The notes below the pieces were generated by a model. The model worked only from the letters and a program-made list of their open reading frames with translations, did no database searches and was not told the DNA's origin. 64,000 bases of DNA from NCBI GenBank assembly GCA_024704765.1, contig JAKMXF010000299.1:62001-126000 (forward strand), given 5' to 3'. Source of the DNA: Oopsacas minuta (lineage: Eukaryota > Animalia > Porifera). Shown in pieces: positions 18,819-30,300 of the stretch. The translations under genes were made by a program, and so were the position numbers. How positions within the stretch are numbered: position 1 is the first letter of the stretch; every line of letters begins with the position of its first letter.

Positions 18819-21800
18819 ATGGTTGATAAACTGAAGAATGCACTCTCCAACTTATCAGCTGGCATCGGGGGAACCTCTCCACAGGACATAATAGGTACCA
18901 CTATACAAATACCTCTAACCAATACTCAAGAACCTCAGCAGCTTAAAATAAAACGTATCCTGGATACAGGAGGATATGGAGTTATTTACCAAGCACAGGA
19001 TGTTAGAAGTGGTCAGGAGTTTGCTATCAAACGGATAGTAATAAGTTCAGAACTATCAGCTGATATTAAGCAAGAGTTATCAATACATAAGTCTGTCACA
19101 GGTCATCCACACATACTCCCATTTATAACAGCTGTTACTCAGAAGCAGTCAGAATCCGCGTTAGTGTATCTAATCCAGACAGAACTGTGTCCTCTCGGGA
19201 ATCTGTCCTCCCGCCTACCCATGCCTGGGACTCACACATATCTCTCCCTCCCTCACATATTCAAATTCTTCTACCAGACAGTACAAGCTGTGTCTCATCT
19301 ACACACACAGTCACCTCCTATCGTACACAGAGACATAAAGGCTGAGAATCTGTTACTTGATTCTAGTGAGAATATTAAGCTATGTGATTTCGGGTCTGCT
19401 ACCACTCAGTTCCATTTACCTGACACCACCTGGACCGCTACGCAACGAGGTCTCCTACAAGAAGACCTCGCTAGATACACTACTCCTATGTACAGAGCTC
19501 CTGAGATGCTCGACTTATACTCTAATCAACCAATTGATACCAGAGCTGATATATGGGCTCTTGGCTGTCTGTTGTATCATATTTGTTTCTTGAGACATCC
19601 TTTCCAAGAGGGTAGTACTCTACCTATACTCAGTGCTCAGTACTTCTTCCCTGTACAAGATTCTAAGAACAAAGACCCTCTGCTATTCCAATCCCTTATA
19701 CGCTCTCTTATCAAAACTATTCCTGAAGAGAGACCTGGCGCTGACGGCATAGTAGCTAGTCTCTACCACTACTCTATGCAGATGGGAATTGATGTAGAAG
19801 CTCTGGATAAAGTACCAAGGATACACAACTTGCCTCCTCCTGTAGAACAGACTCTCCCCTCCGCTCAGAAGGAGGATAAACCTCAAGAGCTCAAGAGAGA
19901 ACCATCTCCTTATAGCTACGCATCAGGAATAAACGCTTTCTTAGGTAATATCAATCCATACTTTTTAGTAACTAGCTATTATGTGATTAACTATACTGTG
20001 TAGGTCGTGTGAAGGGAGGAGCTGATAATCTTATTAAGAACATAAAAGATATGTCTGTAATAAGGGGAGCTACTTACTCTATAGTACATCTGACCAGTAG
20101 ACTACTAGTTAGCGTAGTTCCTGACGAGAGGAACGCCCCTATAGTTCGTGACATGCTAGACAAGGAACACAATGGGTCGTACCTCATCTTCAACCTGTCA
20201 GGAGTATCCTATGACGTAACAGTGTTCCATGGACGTGTAGCTGATCTCATTTGGCCCAGGAATAGAAGTACGCCTGAGTTCCTTAAAATGCTAGACATGT
20301 GTAAGCAGTTAGATGCTTGGCTCATTGCAGATCATTGTAACGTAGTAGTGCTGCAAGATCACCCTGACTTAGTCTCATCTGTATATCTTGTAACTGCTTA
20401 CTTCCTGTACTGCGGACTATTCTCTAATCTCAGGGCTGTAGGTTCCTATCTCACTACTCATCTGCCTACTCCTGGCAAGATAACACTCCTACCTAGTCTG
20501 AGACGATATTACAGCTATCTGACTCATCTCGCTAAAGATCCTGATCACAACAAACCGCATAAGAACAGAATATCGATTAATAAGATCAGAATAAGTCCCT
20601 GTAGCTTTGCAGAAGATAGTGAAATTGTTATAGAAATACTCTGTAGAGATGGAATAGTGTATTCTAGTCAGGGAGAAGGTGGCCTACTGCTACCAGCTGA
20701 GAATGCAGTAGAGTTTATAATGGAAGCTCATTTAGAATCAGACATACAGATTAGAATACACAGTCCTAGTAATAAAGGATTATCTATTACAACAACCAAC
20801 AGAACTCTAGTATGTACTCTACAGCTATATTCTGGCTACATGAATTCTGAAACTGGTCATCTTAGGTTCTTACGGAAAGACTTTGATTCTGTTTCCACCA
20901 GCTCTTATAGGCTACAAGATTTGACAATGACATTGACATTTGAAGTCTTGGATCATGAATTCATTTGTCCAATACAGAGTGTTATTCCTAAGCTCATTAA
21001 CCCTCCTGCTTGTTGTTCCAGCAAGGAAGAGTGTAACTCATTTCAACAGCTCTATGAGCTAAGAATGTCTAATCGTATAGCTATGTCACAACCTTCTGAT
21101 AAGCCTGCATCACCTCCTCTCCCCTCTCCTCCGAGGATAGATGATGTACCTCTTATATCCATAAATTCAGAACCTACTCAACAAACCGATAAACTTCCAG
21201 CTAGACCCAAGTTCAGAGATACCATGGATGATGATTCAGACTCCTCCAGCAGCTCCAGTAGTTCTGATAGCTCTAGTGATGGAGATGTTCTAATTAGACA
21301 CCAGAATAACTACAATACTCTACTAGGACAGGAGTATGAGTTTAATCCTCACTTCCAGCCTGATGCTGATACAGCTACAGCTCCTGTTACAACACAGACA
21401 CAATCTGAGGCACTAGAAGCTCTAGTTGAGAATAGACAACAAAATATATCTCCTATGAATGATGACGTCATTCTAGATCTTACAGATCAAGCACTTCCTA
21501 CAGTAACCTCACAGGATCTTCTCATCTCTGGCATGTCTGAGCTGAGCACTACACAGAAAGGCAGCGATCTTGTCGATATATTCAGTGCTCCTACACAAAG
21601 TACGAACGATATAGCACCTAACACAGATATATTCAGCTCTGATATATTAAATATAGATCCTGTTATGCAGGCTCAGGAGCCTGTGAGACCTGTAAAGTCA
21701 AGTGACCCATGGGATGCTTTCAACATGAATTCTCTATCTTCCAAATCTAACACTCTTTTTAGCAATAAGTCAGCTCAGGGTCACACCACACCATCTAAGG

Positions 21801-22291
21801 AAAATATCTCTACCTCTACGAACCAGTCCTCTGTTAGGCCTAACTACACCTCTTCTACTTCTCCTCAGCCCTCGAACAGACAGAAGAGAGATCCATTTGG
21901 TGAGATTCTTAAAGATACTGGTTTCCCTCAACATGATCAAGAATCTCATACTCTTAATGAAATGAATAAATCTAACCTCTTAGAGGCAATAGGAGACCCT
22001 GATAAAGTACAGGTCATGGAGTGGTCTAAATCCAAGCAAGGTAATATCCGTGGTTTATTATCCTCTCTCCACGAGATGTCATGGGAGGGAGTTAGATGGA
22101 AACAGATAGGAATGCATGATTTGATGGAAACTTCACATGTTAAGAAAGCTTACCTTAAAGCTTCATTAGCCTTCCATCCTGACAAACACGTGGATTCTCC
22201 CCACCAAAATCTTGCTAGACTAATTGTTATTGAACTGAATGAAGCACATTCACGTTTTGAAAACGGAGAGATCCAACACCGTACCTTTTAA
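18819..22291 (+). CDS. GAK: Cyclin-G-associated kinase/auxilin: NAK kinase + PTEN-like/C2 + J domain (exons 18819-19944, 20004-22291)
   Basis: Kinase motifs HRDIKAEN, KLCDFGSA and TTPMYRAPEM; PTEN-like YLIFNLS...LDAWL; C-terminal J domain KKAYLKASLAFHPDK. A 59-nt phase-1 intron joins the two ORFs. Confidence 0.92.
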
Positions 22292-22506
22292 CTTGAATCC
22301 TTTCTGTATTTTAATTAATTGTGTGTACATTTGCTTAGGGATAAACTAGATAATAACGTATTTAAAAGTTGAGATAATATATTATTGTTTGTCTGTATCA
22401 AGATTGTAGGAAGTTCAATGAAATCTTTACTCAAGTTTTCTAAATGTAATATCTGATCCCTTTGGGTTATAAACTATAGAATTACAGTCAACAGAATATA
22501 AATCTT

Positions 22507-22968
22507 ATGGTTAGTACTGCAGCTCAGCTCCGATTGCTCCAAGAGTTCAGAGCAATACAATCTGATTCTTTAGTCAATATATTGGCCTGCCCTTTCTCAG
22601 CAAAAAACCTATCTCACTGGAACGTTAGATTGAATGGTCCTCCAGACACGCCCTACCAAGGTGGAATTTTCTTCCTTACCATGATCTTTCCAAATACATA
22701 CCCTTTAGAACCTCCACATGTAAAATTTAATACTAAGATATTCCATTGCAATATTAACAGTGAAGGTAGAGTCTGCACTCAACTCATGGAAAATTGGCTT
22801 GTCACTACCAATATTTCTCAAATTCTCCTAGAAATATATTGTGTATTAATTGAATGCAATCCTAACAATCCGTTAGTACAGGAATTTGCAGACCTGTACA
22901 TTGCAAACAGACCCCAGTATGATGCCAACGCAAGAGATTGGACAACTAAATACGCCACAAATTCGTAA
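22507..22968 (+). CDS. Ubiquitin-conjugating enzyme E2 (divergent UBE2D/E-like), intronless
   Basis: GPPDTPYQGGIFFL...YPLEPPHVKFNTKIFHCNINSEGRVC with the active-site Cys retained; WTTKYA at the C-terminus. Confidence 0.9.
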   Translation: MVSTAAQLRLLQEFRAIQSDSLVNILACPFSAKNLSHWNVRLNGPPDTPYQGGIFFLTMIFPNTYPLEPPHVKFNTKIFHCNINSEGRVCTQLMENWLVTTNISQILLEIYCVLIECNPNNPLVQEFADLYIANRPQYDANARDWTTKYATNS

Positions 22969-23457
22969 GAAAGTGTGACATTTAATCATTAAACCAACAA
23001 GAATATATACTTACTCATATATTCTGAATTCTAAGCAATTTCAAGACGAATTTATACATTTCAAAAATATGATTATTCTTAGATATTTGTACGTATTTGT
23101 TGAACTTTCCAAATTCTCTTTCATTATTCCCTCTGTGCTATTATAATAATAATAATCTAAAGCTACGTGATAATTTTCATAAGAATTGGGTGTAATACAT
23201 GAAATTACCTTCGATATTAGCTAGAGATGAAATATAAATTTGTTACGTCAATTTAGTGTCGTTTTTCAATTGAGGTTACATGCTTATGGACTTGATATTC
23301 ATTTGCTCTAATTTGTGGTCTATTGTTATACACGTTTGTCTACTGTTAGTTAAGTTATCTTTTATCTTGTACGTTATGTATAGCTGTATATTATCTCAGA
23401 AGAATAGGAATTCTCAAAGTATTCAGTTAGTTTATTGCTTTGTGTTGTTCCCAAGAG

Positions 23458-24285
23458 ATGAATCTATTCAGGCTGTTAGGTGATGTTTCGCATGTGATTG
23501 CTATTATAATTCTCCTAATGAAAATATGGAAGTCGAGATCATGTTCAGGTAAGAAATTGTTCAAACAGGCCTTTTCTCATAAAATTATATTATAATTCTG
23601 TGTCTTAGGAATTTCTGGTAAGAGTCAGATCTTATACGCAATAGTATTTTCAACTCGTTATTTGGACATTTTCTTCACTTACATCTCCCTATACAATTCA
23701 ATTATGAAAGTCCTTTTTATCATAACGGCTTACGCTACAGTATACTTAATACTGGTAAAATTCAAGGCATCGTATGATTCAGAAAATGACACATTTCGCC
23801 TTGAGTTTATTCTAATCCCAGTGTTTGGCCTGGCTCTATTGGTGAACCATGAGTTCACAATTGTTGAGGTAAGTTCATGTAAAGCATTGCATTACTCTAT
23901 TTAATGTGTTCATAACAGATTCTGTGGACATTTTCGATCTACTTGGAGTCATTAGCGATTCTACCTCAACTTTTCATGATATCTAAGACAGGAGAAGCAG
24001 AGTCTATCACGAGTCATTACCTGTTCGCTCTCGGCTCCTATAGAGCTCTGTACATCTTAAACTGGTTCTATCGTTACTTTATAGACGGGTATTCTGACTA
24101 TATAGCAATCTGTGCTGGAATCGTACAAACTCTGCTATACATAGATTTCTTCTATCTATACATCACAAAAGGTAGTTTATAATATCATCTGACTATACAA
24201 ATATTATATAATGTGTATTCCTTTAGTGCTAAGAGGTAAACAGATTAGATTACCAACGACAGCACCTCCTAATGTCAATGAGTAA
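23458..24285 (+). CDS. KDELR: KDEL receptor / ERD2 (exons 23458-23548, 23609-23868, 23919-24171, 24227-24285)
   Basis: [12 protein letters not shown]...[16 protein letters not shown]...TRYLDIF...[43 protein letters not shown]...[14 protein letters not shown], joined by short GT-AG introns. Confidence 0.95.
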
Positions 24286-24711
24286 CAGACGTATCTCATG
24301 ACTGACTAGCATTTGATCTGTATATTGACTTGTTTGTTTGATTGTTTGTTTGTTTGTTGATGTATTGTTGTTGTGGTATAATTTGTTAGAAATATGCTAT
24401 TATAGGGATCTTTAAAAGTTAATTTAATTTGTCTTTACTATATCAGAGATTGATTCAATACAAGAAGTCTGATAGCTCGCATGTAAATTATTAGGATGTA
24501 TTAATAATGTATTTTACAAATATAGACGATTTTCTCACAATAATTACGAGAATTACTTATCCAAAATCAACAAGTTTCGTTTCGGATACCACTACGTAAT
24601 GGTTCTTAACTACAAAGCAAATTCCCTGTATCCTGTTTCCTGGTCTTTCCTTTCATTATTCCTTATTTGGCAATTTATTTACTCTGTATTTATTGCTATC
24701 TCTAGCTAACA

Positions 24712-25420
24712 ATGGCTCAAGGTCTCCTCATAGGTTTGATATTCTGCATTACAATGACGCTATATTCCCAGGGTAAGTGAGTAATCTATTTATGCTCATT
24801 ATTAGTTATTTGATTGCTCCACTACAGAATTTGCTAACCCTTCTCCACAGAATTATGTAATAGTATAGCATGTATGGTAATACAATACTAATTAATATCA
24901 ACTTTATTGATAATTATAGTACCTTCCTGGTTGAACTAGGATATATATGATGTCTCTTATTATTTCCAAATAACAAATAATAGCATAATGCTGTCAGCAT
25001 TAGAGGAGGTATGTGTGAATCCTTTCCTAACTTAAGTATTCAAATAATGCTTTGTCCAGTACTTGTGCATTGTGTATTATAACTTATGATATACTACAGC
25101 GTTTAACATAGCTGTATGGGGATATTATCTAGTTTTCATGCTATGGAATATATACATTACTTTAATTGGGGATAATCACATAATTCTAGTGATTTCACCT
25201 TGAGTTAATTGGTTATTATACCCGATAATACCATTAGAGTATTGTCTTATATATCTGTACATCAAATTAAACGAAGCACTTAAATATTCCTTGAATATTT
25301 CTCTTCACATCAGAGTAGCTGGCGCTCTTATATAGCCTTTTAATGAGTTTATTGAGTTTCTTCTTTATTTTTGTTTTCCCAACATTACCGATATCATGTG
25401 CAAATGCAATTTGTAATGGC
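24712..25420 (+). pseudogene. Candidate signal-peptide exon (24712-24772) followed by apparently decayed cadherin-like exons; possible 5' end of the cadherin-GPCR
   Basis: MAQGLLIGLIFCITMTLYSQ ends at G|GTAAGT (phase 1). Downstream pieces read EFANPSPQNY, PSWLN*DIYDVSYYFQITNNSIMLSALEE and LHIRVAGALI*PFNEF, with internal stops; the last resembles LHVLPFNEF at about 33930. Confidence 0.35.
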
Positions 25421-25604
25421 TTTTTCAGAAGCTATTGTATTTCTGCTCATAGCCAGAATATTGTATGGTTATACATAGGCATGAAGTGATTCATCTATTT
25501 CACTGTATTGAAGCACCGCCTGATATAGAAAGTATATAAGGCCCCAGTTAACTATATAACAAACTCAAATATATAGGATTGATAATATAAATATCTCTGA
25601 TAAA

Positions 25605-26600
25605 ATGGCAGAAATAGAATCTTCAAAGCTTCTGGTGGATGTAGGCCAGATAAAAGGTGGCTATGATGCAGATCTGTTCATTGAGGATGTAGAACAGTTT
25701 ATCTGTGCTATATGTAGTGGTGTATGTAGAGAAACTCAACAAGTATCAACCTGTGGTCATATATTCTGTAGATCTTGTATCGGATACATTATATCGCATT
25801 CAGGGTTTTCTCTTAAATGTCCACTCGACAACGTAGTTATATCAAAGCAGCAGGTTAAAGATGACGTATTTATAAGGAGACTAATAAATTCTTTTAAAGT
25901 TAAATGTGTATTGCATGAGAGAGGTTGTGAATGGGTAGGAGAGCTAGATTGTGTTACCAAGCACTTATTATCGTGTAGTTACAGCACGTCTACTAGTTCT
26001 GCTACTTCCTCTCCTATTGCTTCCCCATTACCATCATGTCGTCCTTCTGTTCGTTCCTTGCCACGCCTACCTTCCAGTAGAACAGAAATGCCCAATAGAA
26101 CTAACCTGCAGTTGAGTTTGGATGATGAAGACTACACTGAACAAATAGATGAGGTTATATGGGGAGTTGTATCGAGTGATAATCCTCCCCCTCTACCCCC
26201 TAGATTCACTCCAACAACTCGTGGTCCCTCTCTTCCCCATATAGGAACAGAGACTAGTGCTGTAACACCCTTAGATCATCCATGGTATAAGGAAGGGATG
26301 TCACGGAAGGAAGCAGAACAACATTTACTCAACTTTCGTATTGAAGGTGGATTTGTCGTCCGCCCATCCATGACAAGAACTTCAGGGAACTACTCTCTAT
26401 CAATTTTGTACGAGAGACAAATCCTTCATTTCCGTGTACAGAGAAAGCCTGATAACACTTTCATTCTAGGTGAATCTATCTCAAAACGATTCACTTCAGT
26501 AGAAGAATTGGTAGAATATTATTTGCATAATTCAATATACATGCATGACGGTAGAAACGCCAAACTTTCACAAGTATTCGGCACCCACATACCCCACTGA
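25605..26600 (+). CDS. TRAF-type RING + Zn finger fused to a Pro-rich linker and an SH2 domain, intronless
   Basis: CAICSGVC...TCGHIFCRSC...CPLD (RING); VKCVLHERGCEWVGELDCVTKHLLSC (TRAF-type Zn finger); PPPLPPR; WYKEGMSRKEAEQHL...GGFVVRPS...YSLSI...HFRV...FTSVEELVEYY (SH2). Confidence 0.85.
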   Translation: MAEIESSKLLVDVGQIKGGYDADLFIEDVEQFICAICSGVCRETQQVSTCGHIFCRSCIGYIISHSGFSLKCPLDNVVISKQQVKDDVFIRRLINSFKVKCVLHERGCEWVGELDCVTKHLLSCSYSTSTSSATSSPIASPLPSCRPSVRSLPRLPSSRTEMPNRTNLQLSLDDEDYTEQIDEVIWGVVSSDNPPPLPPRFTPTTRGPSLPHIGTETSAVTPLDHPWYKEGMSRKEAEQHLLNFRIEGGFVVRPSMTRTSGNYSLSILYERQILHFRVQRKPDNTFILGESISKRFTSVEELVEYYLHNSIYMHDGRNAKLSQVFGTHIPH

Positions 26601-27372
26601 TACTCTACAAGCTCTTACCGCATTCGCTGCCGCAGATTATATTTTCAATCATAAATGTTATAGTTTGTATGTAGAAATGCAATATATTAAACTTTTTAAG
26701 TCTGACTCAAATCTTACTGACTGCTTTGACTAATACATCGCCTAATTTCCATAGCAAACAACATTATTTTACTCGTTAAAATATGAACTATTGCGAGAAA
26801 GGTTCTTAGCCTTATGGCAAAGATTATAAAAATTGTCTCCATAATTTCAACAGAGCAACATGTGCAAGTTATACATGCAACTATCTAGTTCTTGGAATCT
26901 TGCCCTGTATAGTCTTGTTATAGATACAATTATTGGAAATAGTTATACAATATCGACAGAATACAGTAATGCTAATAAAACGTGAATTGTAAGGAGAATT
27001 AAATCATAGATGGAATAACACAATTAATATTGTCACGAGCAGACTTTTTATTAGAAATATGACTCTCTATATCCTGACATGGAGGGAACGCTAAATACAC
27101 TATTTACATGCATAGTACTTTATATTATAACGCGAAATATTTCCTCTGACCTAATTGGGTGTAAATACCCTGTATAATTCTATGAATTTAAATATTCGCT
27201 GACTGACTTGAATGATAAGGGAAACTAAGGTAATTTCTTGACACGATAAGCATTCTATTTTGCGGTCTCATTACTTTCATATAATATTCTTTGTCCACTA
27301 CCAATAATAGAGGTGTTCTTTATTAGAGACAGTACTTAGTACTAAACTCTGCTTATTAGTCTATTCCTTTAG

Positions 27373-30300
27373 GTCAAAATGTTGATATGTTCCTCCCACT
27401 ATTCCTAGAGCCTGGTACAGTTATCGGCGATTTAGACGCGTTAACACACCCTGAATTTATGCAAATACAAAATGCACCGTATGATCTACTACAAACTGGA
27501 GACAGTGATAAAGTTAGTATCACATCTAATCTATTGACTTTATTAAGTGTTCCTATCTCAGAATCCGTGTACGTCATTTCTATCTCGCATTTATCAGGTT
27601 ATACAACTAAATTTTGATTAATATAATCTGCAAAATCAATCAACTAATCGATTTATTGTATCCATAGGAACCTTAACACTAACTCTACACTTTATAATAA
27701 ATAGAGATCCTTATATTCCCACTATTACACCTGGTGTAGTGTATCTTTCTATACCAGAAACAGCTGTATTAGGACATACAGTACAAACCTTCACATGTTA
27801 TAACTCCAGCTTTGATCTCTCTCATGTTATGCTGGTAGAATTCTACCTACAGGAAATGATAGGTTTATTCAAAATATCAATAGGAGGAGAGGTAAGTGGA
27901 TACCGTAATACTCACTGAATATAACTTCAGCTTTATCATTCAAAACCTAATAGTTTGCAATAATATATTTCTCTGAATACTTCTATCAGTGATATTCCTC
28001 ATTGACTCTGTATAAGTTTATATATTAACTGAGATGATTTGAATAACTGTAATTTTGTGAGTTCTCATTACATTAATGTTGTAAGCACTTACATAAATTA
28101 ATACTAAAGTTATTCGAATTCATTTCAGTATTAGCAATGAATATTTATATGCTATACTAGAAATTTGTGTAATAACAAATCACAGCGTGGTGTATCAGGA
28201 CTATCTTGCACAGGTTTATATCCTAAGGATGGATAGAACTTGCATGCTTCTTTCAGAACGCTAATTGTCTCTACGTATACATTTCTATAGCCACGGCTCT
28301 TTATCGCGGTTTCTAACACCCCCATTAATGTCCTTCCTAATCCATCTCTTCTATGTTCTGGTACTATATACATTTTACGTATTTCAACTGAATCAGGGCC
28401 TCTATGTATCTTATAATAAGCAGCAGTCGCTACTATCTTGCCATCTCTCTCTGTAACGAAGAATTCTCCTTTGTCATCTTTATGGTAGAATTCTTCTACC
28501 CTCAGGGCATCCTCATCTGCTCCCCCTTCTCCTGTATCGAGAGCTATACCATAGGGCTTGAGACACGCCTCAATTAACTCCACTACTTTATCTCTATCTT
28601 TTGCTTGCCATGCACGTATCACATATTCTTTGTATATTGACTTTAATCCCGTTGATGGAGTTCTGTCACTGTAAGCCATTACCCGTAAAATCAAGCTAAT
28701 TAATGGAATTACATGTTATGTAAATTTAATTGTCCACCACAATTACACAATGTATACAACTAAATGATTATTGGTCAGTTAATTATGAATTATTTTTAGC
28801 CAAAGCTTCCAGTATATCCAAGAGAAGGTCTTTAGTGAGATCTTGAAAATCTAACATTTCGAAAACTTTGTTAAAATTAGCTACAATTTGATGTAGTGTG
28901 TACTTCTTGACCTCTTCAACTCCTATCTCACTCGAAATTCTCAGGAGATTAATCACATTTTCGCGGGAAATCCTCTGTTCTAACGCTTCTTTACAAAACA
29001 CCTGTAGTCTGGAGTTACTAAATCCGAAAAAGTTAGGAGCTTGAAATATGTAGAGTGCATTTTCTGTGCTCAGCTTTACGTCAGCATAGTAAATATAGTT
29101 AAGCAATGCTTTGAATGATTGACAAGATGGTTCAATCTATAAATACATATTTTTATTAAGATTGTATTCATACAAATATTTCTATTATTTATACCTGTCC
29201 AAACGTGATATTAACCTTAGCATCTGGAGGCATAAAGGATCTAAACATTGCTTCAAAGTACTTGCATCTAGCAGCTAATATGCATTTGTGTGCTGGTAAA
29301 CTTATAGGACCTATTTGCAATAGAATATCCGCGAATTGTAACCCTAGATCTTCTAAGAAGGCTTTTAGATCAGATTCTAGTGTGGGGTAGAATTGGGGGG
29401 TGAGTGTTGAGGGATTATAGCTACACTCTGGGAGGGAGTATTGATCTGGTATCTGCTGGCCTCTAGAGTGTTTCAGCTGTTTACGGACTATCTCTACAAC
29501 AAGCGAGCTAGCTAACGAATCGAATTCTGGCAGCATCACAACCTACACAATTAGCCTTTTTAACGTAATCATATATAATTATGTGTAGACTATTAACCTG
29601 CTGGTAATGTCCATCTCTTACTACAAACTTGATACAGTACTCTTTAAGCTGATTGAGGTATAACTCGTGAGCAGATAACAACAGTGATAGCACGTTATCT
29701 ACACAAACAGCATTCTCTATATAGTGAATACACAACTTCTCTAGCTTCTCTGTCTCTAGGATTATTGCCAGTTTTGTAAGCTCAAGTAAGCATTTTAGAC
29801 TCCTACTATAAGTCGTGAATATTACTGGATTAATAATACCTACCATATGGATGAGTTAATGAGCACGGAATCTCACACCCCCTACATCGTACTATATTGA
29901 CATACCTTAACTGGGACGTCGTATCATCTATAATACTGCTAGGCCATAAGATATGATCTGTATAGAGGAAGTGTAGAGCTATCTTAAATGCTTCTGGATC
30001 TTGATCTGATAGAGTTAGTGTAGATATTTCGTGTGGCTGAATACCACCAGGTCCTGGCTTAGCAAAGTTACCTAACAACCAATACGTTATTATGGAATTC
30101 AAAATTATATACAATCAGCTCTTACCAGAACTCAACAAGTGTTTCCGTAGAAACGGAGATCTGGCTGCTACAATAGCAACATGAGCTGGAATAACCTCTC
30201 CATGTTTTCCTACTATGAACTTTAAATCACAGAATTCCTCCTTTTTCAAGAGGTTAGCGAAATCATCAGTTAGTGTACATTTAGGATAATTAGCTATATG

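Noticed and set aside
24325-24375. (TGTT)n-like tract after KDELR, and similar GT-rich tracts near 52020 and 62630
   Set aside because: Short degenerate simple repeats, compatible with ordinary U/GU-rich 3' or intronic sequence.
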